Notes under the pieces: generated by a model | What the model was told of the DNA's origin: nothing | The model's database searches: none | Seen by the model: the letters and a program-made list of their open reading frames with translations, nothing else | Program-made: the position numbers and the translations under genes | Source of the DNA: Phoronis australis | Taxonomy: Eukaryota > Animalia > Phoronida | Assembly: GCA_002633005.1 (NCBI GenBank) | Contig: NMRA01000042.1 | Coordinates: forward strand, 761,648 to 825,647 | Reading direction: 5' to 3' | DNA length: 64,000 nucleotides | Shown here: positions 39,555-51,461 of the stretch, in pieces | How the letters are laid out: each line of letters starts with the position of its first letter | Numbering within the stretch: the first letter of the stretch is position 1

Positions 39555-41477
39555 CATGACAAGCTTCACCCTGAAATCGTAAAGAGTGAAAATTGCCCCA
39601 GAAATCACCATAATAATATGATTTAATTCTGAAAATTTCAAAAGACTCCCAATCTCCCCACATGCACTATCATGCAAAAGAAAATTGTAGTGAAAATTAT
39701 GAAATAGTGGTGATGGTGACACACTGAAATTTGCTGGATTGTTAGATGATGACATTTCATTTGCAGTTTACATGCAAGTTGGACAGATTTCAAAGCAGTG
39801 AAATTTGGCAAAGCATATTTAAATATTTTGACATTATCATACCATCAAATCATCATTGTTGCAGTGTGATACAAACAAATGACTCACATAGAAAGTACAT
39901 CACCAAAATTCAATGAATGAGAGAGTTCATTATACTGCATATTCACTAACTTAGTTCGTCTTGAAATTTGATCAAACAGAACTTGCTTTTATGTTCTCCA
40001 TCTCTAATGTGTAGTATGTCGAATATTTCCAACTAGACAAGGGCACACCTTTATTAAAGAACCCAATAAGTGAGACTACAGCACACTCATAAAATACATA
40101 TAACGTATACACAAAAAGGATGACAACAAACCAATTGGTTCAGCATCCCGAGATCCATGGTTTGGACAAAAAACTGGATTCAAATCTTTTTTCGCCAAGC
40201 ATTGCTTGCAGTAGAAGTAGCAACGTTCATCCCAGCACAGAGAAATTTTCACTAGAAAATAGGAAAAAAGCAAGGTTAGAGTCAATTTATTTTACAGTGT
40301 ATGACATCATGAAAGCCAAATACAATGTAACAATGAGTGGTGGATCTACATTTTAGGACCAGTGAAGCTTGGTCATAGCTAGAACAGTTGCATAATGCTG
40401 GCCACAAAAAATTTGGTTATATTTCTGGCTAAAGAACCCCTGAAATATTTAGAGCAGGTCTCTAAGCTCTAACTCAGTTAATTTGACACTTAAGAAGGGT
40501 ACCTCTAGTCATTGAGACCGTAAGTCATTGTACACCAACCACTGGTTACAATGGCTGGGATGGAAACAGTCGAATGTAATATACGGCTAATAAGGGCATC
40601 CAGTCGTTAATTTCTATAGGTCATGTCTAATTTTATTCCAATTTTCGACCCACCCAAGAGAAGTCGAATACAACTTTTAGACCACTGTCTACAAACTCTG
40701 ACTGTCGCATATGAGCTTGATAGAAGTTGTATTAAAAAACTTGGAGTAGACAGAGATTACCGTAGCCTCATCTCAAGAAAAAAAAACAACCAACTCAGAA
40801 TAGCAGTAGTCACAAATTGATAGAATTTTACACATTATGAAAAAATGCCACTGCTGTCTCAGCGCCTCAATGTAGGCAAGTTTTGAAGTTTTGTGGCGTT
40901 TGACGCGAATGATATTGTAGTCCCACTAAGCTCTCATGGAGTTATTGTTGGAGGTTGATTTGACAAGAGTATTGGTGCGCGCAATAAAATACAGCATCAT
41001 GCTATCTGGTGTAACTCTGATGTTGTTACTAAGAACGATACAACTTCTTTGCAGTTGTCAACTTGGCAAAACTTCAACTAACTGAAGTTCCACCAATGAG
41101 AAAGGAAATCAAAGCAAGACATCTTTCTAACTTACTTCTTGGATACATCAAACATGCGACACATCTATCATTGTACCCTTGGTCATCAAAGAAGGACGCA
41201 GAGTCTTCACCTCTTGACTTGAGATACAGTTCCTTCAATCAATGTTTCACATATATTGAAAGTTTAATTCCAACATGCATAATACTTCAACATAAGGGCC
41301 TTTCATACTAGCTACGACACGTTGATGTTAGCAGATGCAGCATGAACCCAGACTGTCACACTAAAAAAACCTTAGCGTGCAGTTTACGTCAACGCTCCGT
41401 CAGTATGAAAAGGCCTATAAAGTGTCCCAGTAATGTGACTAAACCCTAAAACAATAACCAGAAGAACAACATTAAGG
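39555..41477 (+). repeat. Direct duplication, copy B, starting exactly at the gap edge
   Basis: Matches 36321-38556 but lacks the ~325 bp corresponding to ~37328-37651. Confidence 0.92.
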
Positions 41478-43255
41478 ATTCAAACATGCGCCCATGACAG
41501 CAACGCAAACGGCATGCATCTAGGGCATTAAGTATCATAATAATGGCTATTAGATGGTAGAGAATAATGTCAAACCCAAAAAACTGAACAGTTTTGTCAT
41601 TTGAAAAATAAAAAACTAATTTTCCAAATTTCATGCAAATCCATCACGAAACTCCAAAAATACAGAGGCAAAGTTAACATAAACAAACCAAATTACTACT
41701 ACAAGGTAAGTGGTAGTCAGATTCGTGCATCTGTTACCAAGTTAACAGGAATATACTCGCTAACAAGATATCTTGCATAAGGGTGTGGGAGACACAGCTG
41801 TACATGCAAAAAATGCTACTAGGAGCACTGCAACGATTGGGAAGACATGCTCTTGTTAGTAGAAACACATCTTCCAATGTTCAATGATGATATCCGAGCA
41901 GTTCATTGGATACAGAGGAAGAAAAAATCAAAAAGTAACACAGTATGCAAATGGAGAGCGAAAATGTTTTAATCAAAGGCGTCTAGTATAAGTTACCATG
42001 GATATCAGCGCACACATCTGTAGTAGGACCAATTTGGGTATATGGCAATTTCGAGACAAGACAGCGGGTGAATCTCCATTTCAGTAAAGACTGTTAGCAT
42101 GTATATCTCAGTGCAGTTCTGTGTGTGACTTAAGTGTAGACACATGAGCAGCGCGGCACTGAAATAAGTGGGGGGGGGGGCTATAGCCCTTCCCCAGCCC
42201 CTTATGGTGCACTGCCCAGGAGATAGTGTAAGTACTTTGGGAAATGTGTTTACGAACATAACGCTATGATAAATGCTTAGTAGTTAGAATCATACTGTGG
42301 ATGTGCTATGGCGACAGTGTGTCAATAACAGATAAGTTGTGACAGTTTGTCACATCGAGATCATGACTGTTGTAGTAATGAGCAGATGATTAAAATGAGG
42401 CTGAGTAGCATTGATAAAATGATCAATTATAGCGCTGTGTCTGAATGAACTGTGGCAACGTGACAGATTACAAAGTTGTTGAATACAATGCGATGATATT
42501 CATACTTATTATCTAATACAAGAGCAATGCAGAGTGTTGAAATGCGCCCGCGAATGCACTGCAAATGGTGTTCTTCTAGAGATGTTTCTCTGTATCATGA
42601 AAATGGCTACTAAATGGCGTAAAATATGTCAAATCCATCCAAAAACGGAAACATGTCATCATTTCTTTAATAGAAGCTATTTAACAATTTTCATAAAAAT
42701 CTGTCAAGAAACTTCAGAGAAACAAAGGAAAAAGGAAAAATTTGCCACTAGGGGCACAGCGTTTGTCAGACGCATGTGAAAGTCGCCATCGTCTGTTCTC
42801 AACTTCATATGAATAAACTTGCAGTGGGTTTAGGAGTTACAACTATGGGCACAAAACAAAACACAACTACCACTAGGAGGCATCACAGTAGTTAGTGGCC
42901 ATCATCAAACGTACTCTTCACACTGAGACCATGCCAACTTTCAAAACCATCCCTAAAATGATTTGGTTGATACAGGGTTAGACGCCAAAAACAGGATTTG
43001 AAAACAGAAAAATGGCTACTAAATGGTGCAAAATACCTCGATTCCATCCAAAAAAACCATAAAATAGCGTCATCTCACCAATAGATGCCTATATTTAAAA
43101 TTTGATGAAAATCTGTTGAGGACCTTTGAAGATACAGACTTAAAACCAAGGAGTGTAGTAGAATAGGAGTTCACTTGTGAGTTCGCTGTTACCGCTACTA
43201 CTAGCGCCACCAAGTGGTGACTAAGCAACTGTCGAAACCAGGAAGCGCCAAAACA

Positions 43256-44770
43256 ATGGGGTAAGGACGCATTTTGCAGTGCGATAAATTGCATGAATTC
43301 ATCCACGAAAACCACAGATGTGTCATTTTTTAGGTTTCCTAAGGATCCACAAAGGTAATGATGATCTGTTATTCAATAATATGATACATTGGCTTTTATT
43401 TTGTGTGTTCTGTTCACGGTTGTTAGACAAGTCAATCGCAGTCCCGTTGCCACTGTTGTCTGCAGTGTAGGCTAGGCCTACTGTACAGCCAGGTTGCCAG
43501 CGGAAGGACTATGATGAACGCACGGTGTGATCGTCAGCTTTTGGATACTTGCAGTACATGAATTCCAAATAAAAATGTCACCCAAACAATTGCAGGGATA
43601 ATTTTAGGAAAACATACCCATGCCCATGGCCATAGTTAATAATAACTGGTGACACGCCATGGCATAATCACAGAGCCACAAGTCTGTCATGAGTCAAGTT
43701 AGAGAATCTGTGGGTCTCAGTGAAAAGGTGAAAAAATCAACATAATTTTAATGTGCCAGTTGGACCAGTTAAGTTAAGCAGTGCGTCATTGAAAACTTAA
43801 TTCTATGTGTCAAAGCATTACAGCCTTCTGTCATTCAGTAACTTTTCCAGACGTGAGGGGTGTTGAACTGAACTTGCGATAACTTCTGGCTCTTTTGTTT
43901 GCCCAGCTTAGTCTTTTGTCCCGTATGATAACAAGCAAGCCAATTATCTCCCAGGATTCAAAGGAACCGTATGGTGGTTGCACGCTATCACCCAACGCGT
44001 ATTCAGAACAAAGTCAAACCCAGTACATTGGTAATCCGTTTGGACAGAATAGATTGTCTTAAATTCTGTTGTAGTTGGGCGATTTTGGTGATTCAAAAAT
44101 GGAACATGATCAGCATTTGACAAGGAATGCAGAAATTCTATTGGTTTAAGCTCAAATATGTTATAACTTAGTTTTCATTTTTATCAGCCCAGCCCAGTCA
44201 GGCTAGATAAGATCTGATTGGAGATTAGAACAATTATCGAACAAAAGAGCGCAGACCCTCCAACCATAAATGCCAGAACGGAGTTAATCAGTCATGTAAG
44301 ATATTGGCTAGGGGGGTAAACTTCCCAACTTGTTGTTGAGCTATAGAATCGAACAAGTTGGGAGCAACAGGATGTCGCCGTCATGGATGCGGGGGCGCGG
44401 CCTAGTTAAAATATGCGTGTATCGACATTTGAGTCCCAGTTTTTTTCAGTTGACACCAAAACGCTTTTGTCTCTATCACAATCACAGTACGACAGGAATT
44501 CTGTAGTGTAGTGTACTTTAGTGTAGGCTATCAGTCTTCTGTGAACCTAGTGAGTATGACGTTTGTTCCTGAGTATCTCAGTCACTGATTTCTGTTCAGG
44601 TGCAAGCGCTGGGAGCTGACCTTATGAATAGAGATGCAGCCTATTTGTCCAAGAACTGCAAGTTATGCTCTCATCACTTCGAGGAGTCCATTTTCATGAA
44701 TGAAGAACAAGCTGGTATTGACTGCAGTGCCCGAATAATATTTGATGTCCCGAATCCACCAAAAATGAAG
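43256..44770 (+). pseudogene. Degenerate spliced THAP zinc-finger (transposase N-terminus)
   Basis: Exon 43256-43354 reads (KDA)FCSAINCMNSSTKTTDVSFFRFPKDPQR|GT, with an extra G after the ATG. The exon from 44600 (TGTTCAG|) reads CKRW, then shifts frame to ADLMNRDAAYLSKNCKLCSHHFEESIFM…(AVP)…IFDVPNPP. The THAP C-x4-C...C-x2-H, P, W, F and AVP-box residues are recognisable. No catalytic domain is seen. Confidence 0.8.
43830..44386. mobile_element. ~0.55-kb interspersed repeat (MITE-like) nested in the THAP intron; relatives at 9821-10092 and 28257-28572
   Basis: 44113-44385 closely matches 9821-10092, and 43830-44180 is homologous to 28275-28572. The ends GATGTCGCCGTCATGG (44386) and CCATGATGGCG (28257) look like an inverted pair across copies. 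Confidence 0.65.
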
Positions 44771-47700
44771 ATGTCAGGGTTAAAAGGTTCTCCGGAAATA
44801 ATATTACAGATGCATTTCTGATTATCGTCTCACAAACCAAGTACTGGAACATCACGTGTAGAAAGGACAATTAGTCAAAATCTGGTTTTCGTATTTTACT
44901 AAGGTTGATCAGATTGAAACATTTTATGAATGGTTAGCCTGTGATTTGGAGAGAGCCAAAGTAAAACTAATGGATCATTCAGAGTCTGAATGGTGGGCTG
45001 AAATTTTGTTAAACCCAAGCTCAGTATCCGTATCATGCTTCTCGATGACAAACATCTCTGTGAGTAAATTAGTTTCCAGCTTTATTTATAACGCATTTCT
45101 TTGGCGAAAAGTGCTGTTGTTTACTAATGAATTAATAGAGAGTGACAAGGTTGGTCAGATTTTCTTATTGTATTGGTTGGTGTATGTGTTGCCTTTTTGT
45201 ACGTTTTTGGAGATAGTGATAATTTAAGCTCCAGTTGTGGCTAGGTATCAGATATGATCTTGTGGTCTGGCTTTACTTACATGAAATATTTACTGTTATT
45301 GATAATAGGAACAGTGGGTACATAAAATAAAATTTTGGTTTTATCATCCAAGTCTTTTTACTGATTCAGTTTTGTATGAAGCTATGTGGGTAGTGAATAC
45401 TTTGATTGCTGTTCAGTACAATTTTTTGTCGCAACATTTTGAACTTTGACTAGTTATGATTGATGATATACCCAATGTGACTACGTTTTGTAAGTTGTGA
45501 GCTATTCTACAGATTAGCAACTGACTTGTAACTGCTGGTGAGTGGGAGAGTGGGATTGAGTTTACCCTATACAGACATGTCTAAGAAATAATGGAATGTT
45601 CTAAAATTGTATTACGATTTTGTGGTAGTGATGAATTGCCTTGCTTGCTTCTTCACACTTGTGCAACACCCACTGCACAAACAATTGTCTGCATTGGTAG
45701 TAGCCTGGTGCCATTGAATAGGGAACACATGCGAAATTGTTGGGTGGAGATGAAACCAGCAGTGAGCTGGGAGCAACATGTTTGTCAATGGTCAGGGGAG
45801 CAACCAAAATGTGTGACGATAGGAGGGGCTCAACACCCATGCGGCATACATACCCATTGGTTTTTACCTGTTTAGCACTCCTCCCATGTAACCCCCTTGG
45901 GAGGGGGTCAACACCCATTTGGTGCCCACCTGGTTTTTGCCTGGTACCCCCTTAGCTGGCACCTGGGGGGAATTCCCCTCTGAACCCCCAGGAACAATCA
46001 TTCAAATTATGTAGTCCATGGAGGTATGAACTGTTATAAGGAACGATAATTGCCTTGTTAAGAACTCAAGCATGAAACAAAAACCATGATGGATTTTGAA
46101 GGGAGTTTCAAGAGAATAAAAACAAAAACACTTTAATATTGATTAAAATACACATTTTCGTTCTCATTCGATTATAAGTGGATGTAAGTTTATGTATTCT
46201 AACCATTTTCAATCACACAGTAATTTTAATGCACGTTGAACGTCATTAAAGTATGTTTCGACCGGTAACCATTGCGGCGAATGGTAAAATGGCGGAGTGA
46301 ACTCTCCTGTACTAGTACACTCCTTGCTTAAACGTTAAAACTAAAATTGCCACTAGGGGGCACACCAGTAGCCAGATCTTTCCGAGAGTCGTCGTCGCAC
46401 GTAGTCAACATCATATAAATACACTTGCTAAATTAAGTAAAGATCCTGTAAACAGTTTAGGAGATACAGTCATGAGCGCAAAAAAACCTGCCACTAGGAG
46501 GCGCCCCAGTAGACAAGTCGTCAGAAAATCATCGTCAGCCGTCCACTTCATAGTAAAAACATATATGCCAATTTTCACAATTATCCTGAAAGCAGTTTGG
46601 TAGATAGATGAGTGGATGCCAAAAAAAATTCGAAATAGTAAAAATGGCCACTAGGTGGCGCAAACAAGATCAAATTCATCTGAAAACGGAGCAATAGCGT
46701 CACCTCATTAACAGATGCCAGTATGCCGAATTTTATGAAAATACATTGAGGGCATTTGAAGATATAGAGGTTAATGTAGAAACATAAAAATGCCACTAGG
46801 TGGCACACCAGTAGTCAGATCTGTCCGAAAGTCATCATCGTCCGCTGTTAACATCATATAAATATACTTCCTAAATTTCGTAAAGATCCTGCATATAGTT
46901 TAGGAGAAACAGCCATAGGCGCAAAAAAAATTGCCACAAGGAGGCGCCAAAGTAGTCAAAGTCATCGGAAAATCATCGTCAGACGTCAACTTCATAGTAA
47001 AAACATACATGCCAATTTTCACAATCATCCTTTGAGCGGTTTGGAGGGGTGGACTCAAAAAACAGACTCGAAAACAGTAAAAACGACCACTAGGTGGTGC
47101 AAACTACGTTGAAGCCATCCGAAAACGAGAGGATGTCACCATCTCACTAATAGGTGCCTACATACCAAATTTCATTAAAATCCGTTAAGGACTTTTGAAG
47201 ATACAGAGGTATGCGTAAAAAACTAAAATTGCCACTAGGAGGCACATCGGTTGTCAGAGCCATCCGAAAATTCGCTTATGCCGTCCCATCCACGGAAGGA
47301 ACACATGTGCAAAATTTCATGAACATACATCGAGGGGTTTTGGAGATAGAGCAGCGAACGGCAGACGGACGGACGATGACGGCATAATGCACCCACATAA
47401 AAATCACTGAGTGGCAACACGGATATGGATAACGATTAAAAATAACTAATGTCATAAATGAATGCACAAAAGTCTGCATCCAAGATCTTTAAGTATTCCA
47501 GTGAAGAGGTTGAACTCTGCCATTACCTTCAGACCTGAACAAACTTCATCAAGCTTCCTCTTCTTCAAATCATGAGAAACAAGAGATATTGCAAGACGAA
47601 CAAAGTGTCTATGTGTACTTTTGCCAGCATTGCTCCACACCTACAAAATACAAGAAAGTTGAAAAGCATATCAGAAATATGTTGACTTAAACTATTGCAA

Positions 47701-48003
47701 ACAGCAATAATGGTATTAGAGATGCTCATTATTGCAAACATAACAACGAGGTTGAACATTAATAAATTTTTAAAGTTAAAACTGTCACTAGATGGTGCAC
47801 TGATATTCCTCCAAATATTGGCAGGTCTCATACTCTTACCAAAAGAAGCGACTGTTTAAAAATAATAAACAAAACTCCAGCTGTTTGACAGACATTGAGT
47901 GGTATTTCTTTCCATCCATGCATTTCCTTTGTTGTTTCTCTCAAACCATGCATACTTTTCAAAACCCAAAAATGAGTTACATCTTATTTTTACAGCATGG
48001 AAA

Positions 48004-49470
48004 AACAAGAACAACACCGACCATGGAAATGTGTCCACGACAGCACTGCAAACGGTGTGCTTCTATGATGGGTGTTTATAGTTTCATGAAAATGGCGATT
48101 AGATGGCACATAATGCGTCAAACCCATCCGAATTAAGGTGGCGTCCTCTCTGTAAAACACTAGTTGCCAAATTTCATGAAAATAAGCCAAGGTACTCCCA
48201 ACTAAGGTATAGAGGCAAACATAAAAAAACAATGGACACTAGAGGGCACAGGTATAATCCGATTGGTCTGAAACTCACAGACATCTGGTGCCATACCTAC
48301 AGAAGTTCTCAAAGATCCTTCAAAGTGTTAAGGAAATACTGCCATACATGCAAATAAGCCAAAATTGCCCCTAAGGAGTGCCAGAATAGTCAAAAACATC
48401 GTTTCAAAAATCAACATAAGCCAGGGTCTTTGCATCAGGAACACAATCGTCAATCTTCAAAATCGTTCTTTGAGTGGTGTGGCAGATAGAGATGCAGCAG
48501 TCAAAAACATAATGCGAAAATGTTTAAATGGCCACCAGGTGGAGCAGAAAACATCAAATCTGTCCGAAACTGGGAAGACCTTGTCGTCTCCTTAATAGAA
48601 ACCTATTTGCCATATGTAATGAAAATACATTCATGAACTTCGAAGATACAAAGGTAAACCTAAAAAACATTTTGTTACTAGAAGGAACAATGGTATTTGG
48701 ATTAGTTCGACATTTATTACCGTTATTCATCAGCTCTATGGGAACACATCTTTCAAATTTAAAAAAGCTTCTTCAAAAGGTTAGGAAATTCAGCCTCAGA
48801 TGCAAAAAAACCAAAATCACCACTAGGAGGCGACGCAGTAGTGGTACCTGCTCAAAAAACAACTTCAGTCGAGGCCTTCGCATCAGGAAGACGTGTAATT
48901 TTTCATAATGAGCTTTTAAGCGGTACGGCAGACATGGAGGTGGACACCACAAAACAGATACAAAAATAACAAAAGCAACGCGGAGCATTGAAATGCGCCC
49001 GTGAATGCACTGCAAACGGTGTGCTATAGGGATGTTTACTTGTATCACAAAAATGGCAACTAGGTGGTGCAAAATACGGATTCCATGAAAATCCGTCAAG
49101 GAACTATACAGAAACAGAGGAAAAAAAAATGAAATTACCACAAGGGGGCAGAGCATCTGAAAGTTGTCATCTTCCGTTGTCAACTTCATATAAATACACT
49201 TTCTAAATTAAATAAAGATCCTGCAGAGGGCTTAGCAGATACAGCTAAGGGCGCAAAAAAAAAAACAAAAAAACTGCCACTAGGAAGTGCCACAGTAATT
49301 GACATTGGAAAATCAGTGTCAACCGTCTTCTTCACACTAAGAACATACCGGTATAAGCCAATTTTTACAATCGTCCAAAGAGTGCTTTGGTAGACAGAGG
49401 GCGGATGCCAAAAACAGACTAGAAAACAGTAAAAATGGCCACTAAGATGGCGCCAAATATGTCGAATCCA
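48004..49470 (+). mobile_element. Two adjacent partial HINE-like copies: an older diverged one (48004-48960) and a younger one (48968-~49470)
   Basis: AACAAGAACAAC...GAAATGTGTCCAC at 48004 with degenerate CCACTAG motifs. AACAAAAGCAACGCGGAGCATTGAAATGCGCCCG at 48968. Confidence 0.7.
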
Positions 49471-51116
49471 ATGATTTAAATATCGCTAAAGACGACACAA
49501 CTATACTCGCAAGCCACTAGTATGTGGAACGTGGTGTGCCATATTGAAGATGAACGCTATGTAAACAAAAGCATGGTGGCATTACGGAAGCCGGGGAATT
49601 TTCAGAATAAAATTTGTAATTTTAAATACTAATGAGATTCCAAAATATTGGTAACATAAAGCAATGAAAGCCTGTGACCCACGCATTGCTTGAACGGTCA
49701 TATAAGCCATTGCAAAGACAAAATTCCTAATAATGCTTTGGCTGAAATTCTCCTGGAGTGCTGCTAGGGCCTGGGAAATTTTGCCAGCTCAGTCGAAAAG
49801 ACAATCACAGAAATGTATAATGTTTAGAAAATGGTATTATACAGTGCTTAACCTTTTTCGTCGTTATAATTGTATCATACCTATTTTTCAGTTGTTTATA
49901 AACCGATAAGACAATCAGCTGTCAAGGGGGCCACTCTCCGGCATGCCATCACATCACTGCATTGGGTCTAAAAAGTTCTTGACCCAATGCCACTTGATAT
50001 ATTGTAACAAAAAGATTTGAGGCATGCGTTCGCGTGAAACACTTGAACACTAAGTAGAAATAAAAATTAATGGAAACCCAAGGAAATCAATGAGCATACA
50101 AACAGCAGTATGCATGTCATATTGTATGCAATAATTGACCTATGGACCTGTAAATGCTTGCGTGGACATGAGCGTATTCGGAATTAAGAGCATAAGCCAG
50201 TTTGAATAAAAGTTGGGAGCGAAATTTTCCAAAACGATAGAATTATAAAAACTGATATGTTAACATTAAGTATTTCAATGGAAAAAGAAGAACGCATGAC
50301 ACCAAAAGCACCCTGTAATGGTTGGTAAGACACACACATATACATCAGCTACCCGCGTGTGCCTGTGAACACCACTGCTTGGGCAGCTGAAGTCAGAGGT
50401 CGAAGTATGCATTTGCACAGACCCAATTTCCCAAAAGGTGAATGGAATTGTCTACTTCAGGTTATACCAAGGAATAATAATTATATTAATATGCAGATGT
50501 TTTTTCAAAAAATAAAACGCATGTTAAGGGTGCTGAGGTGTCTCAAGGAAAATTACTTTAGTGATACACTAATTTTCTTTAACTATCTAGTATTACTTAT
50601 CCTAGTACCTAATTTATCTTAGTGTGGTGAATTGGTAATTTGTACAGTTTGAAACGGCATGGTCTCACAGTTCAAGCAGTTGTGTCATTGACTCTGCAGT
50701 AAAACAACACGCCGCAGAACATGAGTTTTAAGGTATTCGCATTATCACTTTTTATCAATATCAATATTTACACCACTCAATGTACCCCTTTTATCCGACC
50801 ATGATGTGCGTAGTCGCCGATTCTTTGTCAGTAACAAGCACACTTCCATCGAGAAGGACAAGAACAATGTTCACACAGAAACAACACATTGAGATACTGT
50901 AACCATTTCAAACAATAAAGTTTTGATTTATTTCAAAACATATTTATTTCAAAATATCACCATCACGCAGTAAACTCACACGAGACAGTAAAAGGGAAAT
51001 GTCTAGCTGAAACAAAGTTACTGAACCATACTGGCACATGCACTCCACTTCAGCAAGTCAGATTTCAACCAACTTTAAGTTAACCCCTCAATTCAGTTGA
51101 ATCCGACATTTACTGG

Positions 51117-51255
51117 TGTCGTATTCTCTAATAAAACAAGTCTCTGATAAAATGAACTTTCTATTCAGCCATCTTGCCACGTAGTACATTTTTACTAAAA
51201 CGAGGATTCACAATAACCCGGATGTAGTCACAAACACTACATCTCCCACCAACTT
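51117..51255 (-). mobile_element. Polypurine tract and short (~125 bp) 3' LTR of the minus-strand Gypsy element
   Basis: The minus strand reads AAGTTGGTGGGAGA|TGTAGTGTTT (LTR start 51241) … GAATACGACA (end ~51117), with TG…CA termini, ~200 bp after the pol stop. No second LTR in the window confirms the boundary. Confidence 0.6.
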
Positions 51256-51461
51256 ATTTAAGAAAAACACTTCATACTTTAAAGCAGAAACTTATCAAAC
51301 AACAAAACATTAACATGGACTTTTTAAACAAACTTTATGATTATAAAGTCAAGTTGGCAAGAGATGGAAATATTTCAGAAATTAAAATCGTCTGTAAAAT
51401 AGATGCAGTAGTTAACTGACTAATCAACTGGAACTATAACGTGAAACATTTTTAGCTTCAA

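Larger units (their letters stand above)
43147..46326 (+). mobile_element. Internally deleted THAP-bearing DNA transposon (P-element-like)
   Basis: Imperfect ~30-bp TIRs: left CAAGGAGTGTAGTAGAATAGGAGTTCACT; right, as reverse complement, CAAGGAGTGTACTAGTACAGGAGAGTTCACT. Flanks CTTAAAAC / CTTAAACG give a 7-8 bp TSD with one indel. A THAP remnant lies inside. Confidence 0.75.
42518..47400 (+). mobile_element. HINE-like element copy split by a nested P-like insertion (43147-46326)
   Basis: Left end ACAAGAGCAATGCAGAGTGTTGAAATGCGCCCGC. The array is interrupted after GAAGATACAGACTTAAAAC and resumes in register at 46327 (…AAACGTTAAAACTAAAATTGCCACTAGGGGGCAC). The right end is GGACGGACG...GGCATAATGCACCCACAT. 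Confidence 0.8.

Noticed and set aside
38684-39755. Long ORFs in the ORF track (also 31428-31814 and 4165-4359)
   Set aside because: They are artefacts of reading through N runs.
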